A stretch of 64,000 nucleotides of DNA from Diadema antillarum. Its lineage: Eukaryota. The notes below the pieces were generated by a model, which was given only the letters and a program-made list of their open reading frames with translations, was not told the DNA's origin and did not search any database. Shown here in pieces: positions 12,383-26,110 of this stretch (within the stretch, counting starts at the first letter, position 1; every line of letters begins with the position of its first letter). The translations under genes and the position numbers were made by a program. The stretch is taken from positions 868,001-932,000 of the forward strand of contig NW_027271177.1 of the NCBI RefSeq assembly GCF_040938485.1, written 5' to 3'.

Positions 12383-15313
12383 TAATGATAAATAAATGAA
12401 TAAAAAAATAAACAAAAAAAGGGAAAGAAAAAGATCAGCGCGCAGATGTGTTGTTTATGTCGTCTGTGCACGTTTGTTTACATTTCCAGTGGGTGGAAAT
12501 GGGGTGTGATGGCGTTTTAAACGTCAGTGTATACCGTGCTCCCAAAAGGAAGAAGTTGCTAGGAAATGACGCAGATAAGATAGTGAATTGCCCTACCAAG
12601 ATATGTGTGATGCTGTCATGTCCAGGTTAATGTTCTTCTGTCGCCCTGTGCATGTGTAACTTGGGCTTTGATCCATCTGGGTCTGCCTTTTTAGCGTGTG
12701 ACGTCACAACATTTTCACATATCTCGATACCGGCACTGAATACTACGAGGCAGTCATGGTAACTGTCGTGCATGGCTGACCATGCCATCTCGGTATGTCA
12801 TCCGTTTAAACACTCCAGGATGGTTTTGGAAATGGTAGGAACGTAACGACGCCAAGAGAGAGTAGAAAATGAAGCTCTCTCGCTATTCCCCGTTGATAAT
12901 TTGTTATCGTGATACTTTGACGGGCATATATTTTTGATATCAATATGATTATTAGGAATTATTATTTTTTCTTTAGTGTACACATAGTCATCATACAAAC
13001 GTTGACCGTATGTACATTGCCTGGATGTGCTTATAATTACGCGTGGCTCGTTCATCCAGAACCACTTTCTATGATACGAACCCATGTGTAAACACACATA
13101 CACACACACACACGCACACTAACGCCTGCGGGGACACCTATGTATAAGATATAACAGTAAAAATGATAGACAATAAACAGTGATGCAACAAGAATGAAGG
13201 TATAGCGCTGAATACACGGCGTCTCTTAGGAATCCATTAGTTCATAATTGTTAATGTTTAGTGGCATAAGGAGTAATTTTCACTCCATGCATGTCCATCA
13301 CGACAAAAATTGTTGAACCTTGTTAGCAGAAAGGACATCTTCCCCAAACTAACATGAAAAAACTCGTAATGATTTGAACAAATTGCTGTCCCCCCCCCCC
13401 CCCCCCCCCCCAACGCTGTTGGATATCTTTGTGCAATCACTGCTCCCATCATACTGTCTGGTCATGACTGTGGGGGCGTATTTCCGCATCAACAGACATG
13501 TGCATCTGAAATTAAACCTTTAAATATGCATGTGCTGAATCGGTTATTCTTGACTGATCATTTTATACTGTAGATGAGATTTCATTCATAACGTAACCGT
13601 CCTGAAGTCGTGAATGTTGGAGCCGTAAAGTCTTTTATAAATGGTAATGGATTTGTATTTGTGAGGAAAATTTGAATTTGGTGCTCATGAACGACTTCTG
13701 TTAAAAGAAAGATGTCATGATAAATTATGTTGTCTATCATTTATAACGTCAGAAAGTGACTCATTCTATTGTTCGGAAGGTGCTTAGCCAACGGTAAGCG
13801 AATTTTCACTGGAAAAGAATCATCATATTTCACCGATTTTCTGGAATTACTGTCTCAAGTACTCATTACGTGGTATGTAGTACAGCTGTGCTCCTGTTAT
13901 GGTGAAAAAGCCTAGAAAACACCACCCGCATAATATCATTATGGTGAGATTATCATTCGTGTCTCCACAATTCAAACAGGGATAATTAACAATGTTGATG
14001 TGATTTTCTAGCACTATGGGGGGGGGGGGGGAGGGAGAGGGGGTATCATATCACACACACACACACACACACGTTCACAAATACGCACACACACTCACTC
14101 ACTCACTCACGAATTCCTACTTAACTGAGTGATTTCAGTAACCATGTTATGAATTAATTCAGCTTACAAGATCGTTCTGTACATTACTCACTCTGCAAGC
14201 TACTGACATGGATAGGTGTATGTGGGGCAACTAATCATGTGATTATGGTACATGTGATTTGAATTCGCATGATGAAGTCTGCTGTGTATTGTGTAAACCG
14301 TAGGAGAGGCACGAATAAATATATGCCCATATTCATCTTCTGCCCTTGCCGCATGATGGAATTTCCATTCCTGATCAAATGCAAAAAAAAAAGAGAGAGA
14401 AAAAAAAAAGCAATGAAGGCAATAAGGATGCATTTAGCCTCGTCCAATCATATCACCGAGACGGCCCTTTCTTGCACGCAGGAAAGACATAGTCATTCAT
14501 CACGGGTTTACTGCTAGGCATACCTCGCACAGCACCGGGCCCCTCGCTGCCCGCAGCTTGGCTCAAGCTATGACATTTTAAAAGCTACACCGCGCAAATC
14601 TTCTGGGGTCCCCCTCTCTTTTTCTTTCACCATCCCACCCCTTTTTTCCTCGCTATCTCCCTCTTCCTCGTAGTCAGTCTCTTTCCCTTTTCTTTAGTGG
14701 GTCCATCAGACAATTTTGCTGTATCCCAGTCCCTACATCCCTCCCCTTCGCTTAAACCTCCAGATCACCCTGCAGTGCTAAAATGCAAAACAAGTATCCC
14801 TATCTGACATGTGTATCATTATAATGCTTGTGTTTTTAAGTAGGTCGGTGTGTGTTTATATCTGAGAGTGTGTGCATTTGTTGTTTTTGTGTTTATTCTT
14901 CTTTATTTCACCTGTCGTGGTTTTTTTTTTCCGTACATCCAACAAGAGACTGCAAGCGCATGTTAGCATGCTCTCAAAAATGGCATTAAAATAGCCGGAC
15001 GTTTCAAGATACGCGCTGCAAAACGGAATATTCCGCGAGACTCCATAAGATGAATAATGTATACATGGCGTCCTGCAATACATGCCGCTGAATTTCATTA
15101 CTTCTCTCCGGGTTTTTTTTTTTTTTTTCTAAAATCTAATTTTCACTTTAAAGTACCGTGTGGAAGAAGAGGAATATGGATTGCATTAGATTTGTTCTCC
15201 CTTATTATCCAAACATCTCAAAGAACAATTAATAAAACAGTATGAAATGCTGGCATTATCAATAGCAGACCGGATGAAGAATTTAATGATTTCATACACG
15301 AGCTAGTAGTTTG

Positions 15314-15865
15314 TTAAATTAACCAAAACCCAAAGAGCTACGTGGATTGAGCGAAAGCAGCAACATTAGTAGAACACATCAGTGAAAGTTTGAGGAAAAT
15401 CGGACAATCGATGGAAAAGTTATGGATTTTTAAAGGTTCGGTGTTGTAATGACCGGATGCGGAGACTATTAGAGTTTATGACATCACGTGTGGGTAACAA
15501 TATAAAGAAAATAAAAGAAGAATTCCACAAAAATTGCATTCCATCAACTTGTCACCGACAAATGTTAAGGGTAAAATCATTCCCCCTGCTTTCTGAAAGA
15601 GGTTAGTCATGTGCTTTTTCATTATAAGCTAGAAAAGTGAAAGTATGTTGAATTCTCTTTATATTTTCTTTATATTGTTGTCCACGTAATGATGTCATAA
15701 ACTAAACTGGAGTAGTCTCCTATCCACTCATTACAACACAAAAACTTTAGAAATTCATAACGTTTGCATCGATTGTCCGATTTTCCTTAAACTTTCACTG
15801 ATGTGTTCTAATAATGTTGCTGCTTTCACTCAACCCACGTTGCTCTTTAGTTTTGGTTCCTTTAA
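15314..15865. mobile_element. TTAA-flanked, largely palindromic Kolobok-like MITE, copy 1
   Basis: About 200-bp imperfect inverted arms (...gcagcaacattagtagaacacatcagtgaaagtttgaggaaaatcggacaatcgat... and its reverse complement), TTAA at both ends, right terminus ...GGTTCCT|TTAA. A related copy is at 33888. Confidence 0.75.
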
Positions 15866-16018
15866 TGTCACATTACTGGGTTTAATGATCCTGCAACGTG
15901 CATATTGAATAAGCGCGTTGTAAAATTAACTTGAAACACTGTTGGGTAATGTTCCTACCACCTCTCGTCTATATCACTTGTTGTTTTTTCCCTTGTTTTC
16001 TTCTTCATTATTTCTAAG

Positions 16019-16030
16019 GGGGTTCGAGAG
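16019..16030 (+). other. candidate 12-nt in-frame cassette microexon (GVRE) of the SK gene
   Basis: About 40-nt pyrimidine tract ending ctAAG|, then GGGGTTCGAGAG, then consensus donor |GTGAGT. Phase 0/0 is compatible with the flanking exons. Confidence 0.35.
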
Positions 16031-19000
16031 GTGAGTCCACAGCTTTTACTCAACAAATTTGTCTCTTTCAACTATTGTCAAATACATTATCGAGAAGAAA
16101 TAGGTATTACGTTGTTTCTCTTTTGATATGTTCGTACGTATGTTGTCCAGGGAAGGGATCTATTGCAAAGTGAAAAAAAAATATTCGTAGGGGCGTGTTC
16201 AGGATTACAATATACCCAGGAGCTATGTTCCTTTCCATGCCTTAGCTAAGTATTACGACGTCAAAGTCGAGCGGGAGTCTTAGGGAGTTTAAAAGCCGTG
16301 TCGATCTTTAGCTCCTTGTGGCTTTACTTTCTCCTCGCAGCCTGCTCCTCGATAGTGGATGGGGTGCGTACCCCAAGTCTGAAGTAATCAACCAGGACGC
16401 GTCTTATCTTTCGGAAGCATGAAGCGGAGACAACATAAGAGCCCACGGATTAACATTGACGTCTGGTAGAGGGTATGGGACGGGGACAGGTTCTTCAGAG
16501 ACACTCTTTGCTTGCTTTTTGAATACTAAAAAGAAAAATGTTTCTTTTAATTTGTGCAATACTATTTGTATGTCTCTTAAATCGTTGCCGTGTTCTTAGA
16601 GAGTGAAACTATATCAAAAGTAAGAAGTCAATACGTGATATTTTCATGTGAAGCTTCCATTCGCTGCCTGTTTGTCAGAGAAGACACAAAATAGGATGTA
16701 ACTAACGATGAAATTGTCGAATAGCTTCGCTGTGGATTATTGTGTAGCTGTATACCAGTATTATTAAGTACTGCTACTTAGTGTATTAAAGTGTCCTATT
16801 TTGCACATAACCAAACTGCCGTTGTCAACATTTCTCATTAGTGTTTCGTTTGCCATCCCATCTATTCGTTAGTTGTGTTTGAGTGGTCGTAATCCAAAAT
16901 GACATTTTTGTTTGTTTGTTTGTTCATATCCTGTCAGAAAAGTTCAAAGATGAGGTCCACAAACGTCCGTGTGTATGCACACACACAGAGACACACATTA
17001 TCAAACACTATGTAGATTGGAGGGTTTTTTTTTTTTTAATCCAAGTGCACGTCAGGATGCATTCATCTGCGCGGAGGTGCTCGCATCTGCGTTTCTATAG
17101 CATTTTCATGAGTTGCAGCGGGCCTCGATCCCTCTCCCCCATTCCTCTCGCACTTTCCCTCTTGAAATGAAAACACAGCTTCCCATATTCTACAAAAATT
17201 TTATATCATTTCCATCACCATTCGATTATTTTCTGCTTCCGTTTTATACTTTTCGGTTTTTTCTTATTCGTTAAGAAAAGTCAGCGAAAATGACATGCCA
17301 AGTGTCGGAAACAGGTATAAAAGGGGTGATGATCATGCGCAGTGGACATGGAAGCGGATATAAATCGCGTATGTACCTTCTGAAGTGAAGGGCAGCAGGA
17401 TGTTAGAGTTGTCTTCCTTTGTCATGAGGCTATTCCAGCGTTGATGGCAGGTATGAGATGGCAAAATGTAGGTTAAAAGATGCGGCGGAAAACGATATGC
17501 ATTAATTAGCTGATGATTTTGTCCACAAAATTGATGAGGTGATGTTAAGTACGAATTATAAGGACAAATCATTACGGTATTCAGGTTGGTCCCCCTTTAC
17601 ACGTAGGTTGGCTGTATACAGACATATCAAAGCTGTACCTATTGCAGTTACCCACGGACACCTTACATTATTATGCGCTTTATAAATGTATTATTATTAT
17701 TATTATTATTATTTATTCCTTCCTTGTTATAATTTAATTACATTCAATTTCCAACAGAAATGCAAATTACGGAAAAAATATATGTAAAGATAATAATATA
17801 CAATGTCAGTACAGCATTTACAGTAAAGGAAAATACTATGAACAGAAACACAATTTCATGTTATGACTTTTATGAGTGTGCCGAAACAATGTTGTAGGAA
17901 ATTGAGATACCTAGCTGAAAAGCAGGGCTTGTAACTGGCAGTCTGCTTCATAGATTCATGCGCATTCATGAAGTTATGACATCATTCATCATGTTCAACA
18001 TACTGGTATTTTTACAGTCATGAAAAAGACAGATGTGTCTACTGAAAATCTACATAAAAGAACAGGAANNNNNNNNNNNNNNNNNNNNNNNNNNNNNNNN
18101 NNNNNNNNNNNNNNNNNNNNNNNNNNNNNNNNNNNNNNNNNNNNNNNNNNNNNNNNNNNNNNNNNNNNNNNNNNNNNNNNNNNNNNNNNNNNNNNNNNNN
18201 NNNNNNNNNNNNNNNNNNNNNNNNNNNNNNNNNNNNNNNNNNNNNNNNNNNNNNNNNNNNNNNNNNNNNNNNNTGTCACTTGTATTATAGCGTACCTTCT
18301 CCTTGATTACCGAGCTCCATACATCCTGCACGTCCTTGTCATTTGCTTGTTAACCAGACAGAACAGGAAAATAAACAAATTCAAAATTTTAATAGCGATA
18401 AACGTCACGGAAAGAGTATTATTTGGCACGGTTGTACATCAGCCTATATAAGTTACTGTATAATTTGTACAAAAAGGGTTTTCTTATGTTCTGAGATTGA
18501 TTTCGTTATGTATAGTAAGCATCTTGTTTTTGTTAGTATTTCATTCGCTATTTCATATGTAAGAGCGCCATGAGCATCATTATTGATGAACTTCAGCGCT
18601 TTATAAGAGGCCACTATTATCATTATTACTATATTGTGAGGCTGATCGCACCGGCTGCACGTCTGCATACGTCCCTATCATAACCCACTAAATTCCACGG
18701 CCTTTTTGATCTTCAAAACCTTTGCAAGAATGTTATGTCCACCAAGATGTCTGGCCACGAACAGATAAATCTCGCGAACATACTTTAGTAACAATCAAAC
18801 TGACAGACAAAACAATAGAGGCTAGTGGTAAGAAAAAGATACAAAAATACTAGTGTTTCTTATTACTTTATACGCATTTATTAGTAGAATTTTGTGTTTG
18901 TGTGTTATAGTGTGTTGATGCGTTTGTGCACTGATTGCTTGCGTAAGTATGGGTACAACCAGGAGGTGGAATTTCCACCTCCCTGGTACAATTATGTGTT

Positions 19001-19923
19001 TGCCTGACATGTGTTGGGTGTGTGTCTATGCGTTGCTGTTTGTCCGCTTGCGTAAATATATGTTTGCACACTTGTTAGCACGTATTCACAGGTGTGTGTG
19101 TGTGTGTGTAAGGACACTATCCATGCACCATCCATTAGAGGGCCGAGGGACTCTAGATTCGTCCGATCCCCACATCCTATAAATCACCCGACATTATACC
19201 AGCGAATCTGACGAGATGGCATTGGATACAGCGGAACGGCCTTGAATTGATCGATGTGACCAATAAATCATACAACTGAGCTATACTGCCTACTTTCTAT
19301 GGGTATCAGAGGTAGATGGTCAAGTAGATGGATTTATTCGCTACAATGAAAGGCTGAAGTAAAACGCTTCTTTGGTACATGTGTAAGAAAGTGATATTAC
19401 GCAATATCCTCTAATCAAGCATGGAAAGATCGAGGGCTGATTATTGTATAAAGGCTATTGAACTTTGGCTTTCTAACCACTTGACGTTTTAAGTTTCTAA
19501 TTGTAAGAGTGGATGTGTTTTTATTTCTTTCTTTTTTTCATTCAAGTGGGATCGATGAAAGTTTGCTTGATGGTGACTACACAGCAAACAATATGAGAAT
19601 GCAAACAACGTACAGGCACATACAATAAACCCCGCACAGTTAGATTGATCGTGCAATGTGTTCGCTGGTAATTAGCGAGGTTGATTTAATTTAGATAAAC
19701 ACGTGAGTGCGATGAAATGAAGGTCACCTTAGAAAAAAAAAGTTATGATGTCTGGGTTGGCTGGAATATTATATGCGATAGAATGATAGTAACGAATGAA
19801 CATATCGCAATGCTGTGAGAGACATGCAAGGAATTTCTGTGCCAAAGACATTTAATGGTTCGTTATATGGAGGGAATATACAGGATATTATAATAATTCC
19901 ATCTAGAAGTCTGTGAGATTATT

Positions 19924-20149
19924 GGCTCGAATTCATGAAGGTGGTACAATCTTTGTCCATGGTTTAAAGACCATAGTTTTGTATGGGGCGCCAAGTGTCG
20001 TATGGCCTATGTCGTTACGAAATGTTAACATTTCGTCGACGAAGTGACTGATGTCGTAACGAAATAGGCCATGCGACACTTGGCGCCCCATACAAAACTA
20101 CGGTCTTAAACCATGGACAAAGATTGTACCACCTTCTTGAATTCGGGCC
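19924..20149. mobile_element. PIF/Harbinger-like hairpin MITE (226 bp)
   Basis: About 95-bp near-perfect inverted arms from GGCTCGAATTCATGAAGGTGGT to ACCACCTTCTTGAATTCGGGCC, with an exact 3-bp TSD ATT (19921-19923, 20150-20152). Confidence 0.9.
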
Positions 20150-23100
20150 ATTAAATCCCTCCCGAGACTTTGGACCATAATATATGGTTTTCCAGACCCT
20201 GTGGTTAGACATTCTGGTATGATCAAAACGAAGGTAATCTTTCATATAATTGTATGGGTTTGTCAAAATGCGTTGAGAATACTGGCCTCTGACCTAAGTA
20301 TTCGTGGTAACCACTTTTGTTGCATCATCACCATGCTCACACAACACACAACGCAGAGTTTACTCGCAGAGCGTATATCACTTGCAAATATCGGCACCTA
20401 GTTTCAAGCACTGGATAGGACACACGCACATACACCCACACACACACACGCACACACACACGCAAACACACATAACGATTACATTGATTGTGCTAAAATA
20501 TCGCATGGTATGGTGGGTTTTTTGTACATGTACCAAATTGTATCGCAAAAAGAGAACTAAGGAATTTATCCACTGATATCTCATCTCGTTCATCCAATCG
20601 ATAAATGGTATTTCGTAAATCTATGTTTTTTAATAAAGCTTCCCTGATAAACTATGAACAAGAAAGACCCCAAACCCGTCAAAAAGTTCTACCACAAGGT
20701 AGACGTTGAAGACGTGACGTGTCATGTCATTGTTTTGTAGAGTGATAAACGTCACAGAAAGGGCGACTCCTCGTCTCGGAAAGGAGGACGTAAATGTCAA
20801 AATTGTCCATTAGATATGATGCGACCCATCTTGACTTCAGTCTTCTCATCTCTGGTACATATGAGTGTAGGTTTCACGGAGAAGATTCAGGTATTTCGAC
20901 AGCTCCAGGCATGACGCCATTACCTCCGGCTAGTCTTGTACAATATGCACCGGCTACTATGTATTCGAAACCATGTGGATTGGTAAGTGAATACCGGCCT
21001 TCGAAAAAATGCATACATTTCATATCGTGTCTAGATATAAAATCTGCAAAGAATACACGACGAAGGGTATTGATTAGAAAATTAACAAGCTGCAATAATG
21101 TATCAGAATTAAGTTGTAAACATCAATTCGACAAGCCTTTGATATACAGGCACATCATGCACACTTTTCTGACTCGATTAGCTTAACCGAGGTTTATAGA
21201 AACATCACGGTAACAAATACATTCCTGTATTAAGATAACATCTAGCAAAACTGCTGGTAACTTCTGAGCCAAACGTTTGCATTGACATTTTGCTGCACCA
21301 ATAACATTTTTCGGCAAAGATGAAAATAAACTAATTGCGGAGAAATGTTAAGCCTAATCCAAGAGAACATTTGCTGTAAGTGTGTTCAGGTCAGGCCTAT
21401 ATTGGAAGGTGTTGACAAATTATGAAACATAGACTGACAGAGAAGTACTCCGTTTTGGCATTTTCCCCTGAAACGTTCATGCCATTTTTTTCTAAATAAA
21501 GAGAAATGTAACCTTCGTCGTCAGGATTGTCCCTGACACAGTTTCACTTCTCTAAACTTTGCTTGCATTGTTCAATATTTTCCAAGGCTGAAGCGGAGCT
21601 TCAGGCGTGTGGTAAATTGCGTTGGAGTGAGTTTACATTTTTCTGTATTTTTGTGCTTCAGAGCAAGCTATCGATTCGTGGGTAGTTTTGCATTAAAGGT
21701 GAAAGTAAAAAAATAAAAACAAAAACGCGCACACACAACAACATCAAAACACAGACCCGGAAGGGTTCACATGGAATAGCGTCGCTTTGTTTGCTGAAGG
21801 AATACAGATCATTGATTTGATGACGTCACATTGAACGAGGTGAAAATCGCATACACAGCTATGTTTGTGACTCATTTGAGTTGATTCGAAGTATGATCGC
21901 TAAAAAGATGTCTGGAATTGAGTCCCCGGGGGAGCAATTACTTCGAAGCAGGTGGAAGGTGATAGAGGAAGAGGGGAGATAAATGAAGAAGGAGGACCTT
22001 TGGGGTGAAGTACGGGTTATGATTTACAGCGACCCTCGGCCCTTTTCTCTAGATACGGCTTTAATAATCACGTGACCCGATCTAGGGTGTATTAGTTTTG
22101 TTTTGTTTTGTTTTTTGTTTCTTGCTTTGTTTATGTTTTGCGAACAATACAGTTCGCTCATCCTTATATTTTGTGTTAAAAAGCCGTTTATCACACACCT
22201 TGTCGTTGGTGTATGTTTAGGCAAGTTCACTTTGATATTAGCAAGGCTTTTGCTTTTGAATGATTGTATCTAAGATTGATATTACTTCATTCAAATTCAG
22301 AAAAGATATACACGTTCGTATAACGATAACGATAACGATAACAAACAAAATTAGATAATTTACTAGCGGGTCTCCGGGTTTAGTGTTATACTGGCTTCTT
22401 TCGTAAGATACGTTTTTTTTTCCGTGTGTGCGTTTGTTTGTTTGTTTGCTTGCTTGTTTGAATGTTTGTTTGTTGAGAGACACTCTCAGAAGTAACAGAA
22501 CGACCAATCTCAAGACAGTAAGAAATATGTGCAATGAGATTGGTCATCCGTCACTCTTTATAGCACTATGTCTTGTACCTGGCGTAAACAGCTAACAGGA
22601 GACTATGATTCAAGGAGTACCTATATCGGTGCGACTTCTCCCTGATCACAATAATCTCACGTTGTGATTAATTAAAGCTAGGTGGAAAAGAGATTATTCC
22701 AGTCCCCAGTCATCCCCAGGTCCCCACCTCAACGGAGGTCGATCCTTTGCTGATGTACCGAGCAGACGTGAACACATAAGGGAAGATATTTGAAATGCAG
22801 TGATGTGTGTGTATGTACGTGTGTGCGTGTGTGTGGTGTGGGTGTGTGTGTGTGTGAGTATGTATGTGTGTGGGCGGGGTTGGGGTGGGGAGGTGGCTTT
22901 GGTTAATATTAGCTACTCATATTAAATGTGATCAGCGCCGGCTATAGAATGTCATCGAGGCTTCGGAGCCCGTCAAAACACCCCAATTAGCTTGAAAATG
23001 TTGTGCTTATCACTGTCGTGTTCTTTATATAGATGGGAAAATGGCTAGTTTGGGTGAATGTAACCTTTGTAGCACTGCGACATACATTGGACTCTCCGTT

Positions 23101-25794
23101 AAATGCTCCAACAACGTCATCAGACGTTTTGCAATTTTATCATAGTTCTGTTTTTGTATGTATGTGTGTGTGTTTATATGTGGCGTTTTGTGTGTGTATA
23201 TCACGCGTGTTTTTATTCTAGCTAGCGTTGCTGGAGATTAATGTCAGCAGAATATGAAATAATTTCACTTCCCAGGCAACCTCTTGCTGCCTGCAGATCA
23301 CGTTATCGCCTGAATTTTTGTAATCAATCGCTGCTTATTGACGAGTTTTACAGGTGCCTTTGAGTTTACCAAATATCAACGCCCTATTTGGCAATCGTTT
23401 GGTAATGACGATACCGAAATCAGTCTACTGATGGCCCACTTCAACTTGAACCTTGTCAAATGAGAAATAGGTTTCCATATTCAAATGATAGCCTTGAGGA
23501 AGCCAATAAATCGATGTATATTATCCAAAATCCATATTAATTGCGCAGATTATCAAGTCTTGACATGTTGCTGAGCGCACACAGAGATTCACGGGACACA
23601 CAGGTATATGGGAGCTGCTAAATCAACCGCACCCCAGCCTTACTCTTGGGAGTCACTTTGTATTTATTGTATTTTTGAATCCCTTCTTTTGCATGGAAAA
23701 GGGTTCTATGTGACTAATGCCAGATTTTGATTTAAGATATACGGACGAGAATTCCTGCTTTGATGTTTCGATATTAGGCCTATTAGGTTAAAGAGTATAG
23801 AATAGCGACAGAATCATAGACGGTCGACTGATTTGTGTGTTCCGTGTCTGAAATGTAAATCCCATTTCCGCTAAACCAAATTAATCACGCAAAGGGATGG
23901 GATGGGCCTATAGACTCTACTTGTTTCTATCAGTCGCTGGCGTGTATTCGAAAGAAGATAATGCTTTTATGTGATGGATATTGTCAAGTATTTTGATCGG
24001 AGCTAACGAAAACAAGTCTGACTTTCATAATTGTTTTGCAATGTGTTTCGTAAGGAATTCAGAGCACGTGATTTCTGTTGGCATGATGGTAAATGTAGAG
24101 CTAACATTATAGGCCCAACTTTTTCAGTGTGGCGTTGGCTTTGTCGTGATAGGGCACTGTCCAAGACCGGAATGATGTTAAGATAAACAATGTTTGTTGC
24201 ACACAAACAATGTTAGGTCAATTTTGTTTCTCTAACCGGATAAATTGAGGTCTCTTGTTATAATCGTTTGTTCTGCCATTTAATCGCAAGTAATCCATGG
24301 TCGAAGATAATGGTGTTTATGCTGCAGCTTGAAATGCCCGTCCCAACTACTTAGCCGTCGCTTTGAAATGCTAAAATCAAATGGTAAATGGCGAAATGAC
24401 TCCCTGAAAATCGTCAATGTACTATCTAGATAAGGGTTTAATATTGAATATCATGTATCCCATTATTCCAGTCTTGCTGATAAAACCTCTATGAATCTAC
24501 TGATCTGCTCAGAGATGTAATCAACCAGATCAAATTAATGCAGGTTAACTTATTTCTTATTGAATTCTTTAAAAAAGTCATACATGTTACACGGATTTTG
24601 CTTAATTGCTCATTAATGCCATGAATGATGGCTGTCGATTTGTCTTTGCGAGTGCCTGTGTATTAAGCGATAGCTGTATATTTTTATTGCATGTGTTATG
24701 TTTTCGTAACATAACACCGTAAGGTCTACTGGCGTGAACACATCCCCCCTTCCCCCCCCCCCCCCAAAAAAAAAAAAAATAATAATAATAAATAGATAAT
24801 AATAACAAGCATTCATTTGAATCAAAACGACATGGTTCTCTATCCCGTCTAATTCCCTTACTGCTTTCTTCCCCCAGCTTTTTCTATATTATTCCTCCTC
24901 TTTTTCCTCTTTTTTGTACCCTTCTTCTATTCTCGATTATTTTCTCCTTCACTTTCTCCCTCATTCGCTGCTCGCAGCAGTCCATGTTCCGTACTTGTGG
25001 ATGAAAAGAAAAATGACTTTTTCCCTCTAACGATGTGAATTTAGAGTGAAATTATCACGCTGCCTACTCATCTGACAAATGGGTCCATGAGAGAAATGGA
25101 TGAACATGTAGCTGGATGTGGTTTTTGTTTCCCGTGGCGCTTCTATTTCCAGTGTTCACGAAAGACCTGTGTATCATGCCTCTGAAAGGGCGATTTTATT
25201 CATGTATTCATTTTTGCCGCGCTAGATATTTCCCTCTTTTCTAGACTGCGATACCACACGGGGAAAATACGCGAAACACTCAGGGATTACAAAGGGGAAT
25301 TAATTGAACCATCCGCACAAGGAAATAGAAAAAGCGGAGGAAAAACTGTCAAAAATAGCATGGGCGTCACCAGGGGGGGTGCGTTGGGTGCGAACGCACC
25401 CCCCTGCAGATCCTTAAAAAAAAAAAAAAAAAAAAAAAATCAGTCTGCGAGCGACCTCAACGCCGGATGCTAAACAATTACTCTTTTCTATTTTTTTTTA
25501 ATATTTTGCACCGGGGACACACACACACACACGCACACACACACACACACACAAAATCAATTCGCACCCCTGATTCTGGCAGCACTGTGCCACTGATTTT
25601 ATACATATCTATTTTAGTATTCTACAGTGTTTACTATTTATCGACCGTACTGTACATCCGTACGATACGGAGCACTTATACATGTTTGCATATACGTGTG
25701 CTACTTACAAGTATGTAGGGTCTATGTACGTTACTTCTGACCAATCCATATCATTGCCAGCCCAAGAGCGAGCCTTAGCCTCACTAAAAAAAGA

Positions 25795-26110
25795 TGAAAA
25801 AAAAATGGAGGGGCAAGCATATCATTTTGCCCACCCCCCTCCATAATTCTAGAGACGAGAAGATTTTCTTATCTTTTTTTCTGACAGAAAAACAAAAAGT
25901 TACCCCCATAAAAATATTGGAGGGGCAAGCATATTTTAATTTTGCCGCCCCCCCCCCCCATAATTAATAATTCCCGAAATGAGAAGATTTTCTTGCTTTT
26001 GAAAGAAAACAAAAATGTTGCCCCCATAAAAATGTTGGAAGGCAAGCGCACCATTTGCCCCACCCCACATAATCATAATTCCCGAGATGAAAAGATTGTC
26101 TTGCTTTTTT
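25795..26110. repeat. about 115-bp tandem repeat, 3 diverged units
   Basis: Recurring ttggaggggcaagc...ataattcccga.atgagaagattttctt at about 25801, 25911 and 26030. Confidence 0.8.

Noticed and set aside
16342-16383. LLLDSGWGAYPK resembles the SK2 S1 end (LSWGAYDK)
   Set aside because: The acceptor at 16340 gives the wrong phase (the phase-0 reading hits TAG), there is no upstream ATG or matching donor, and the local paralogous sequence is WFVYGK. Likely chance.
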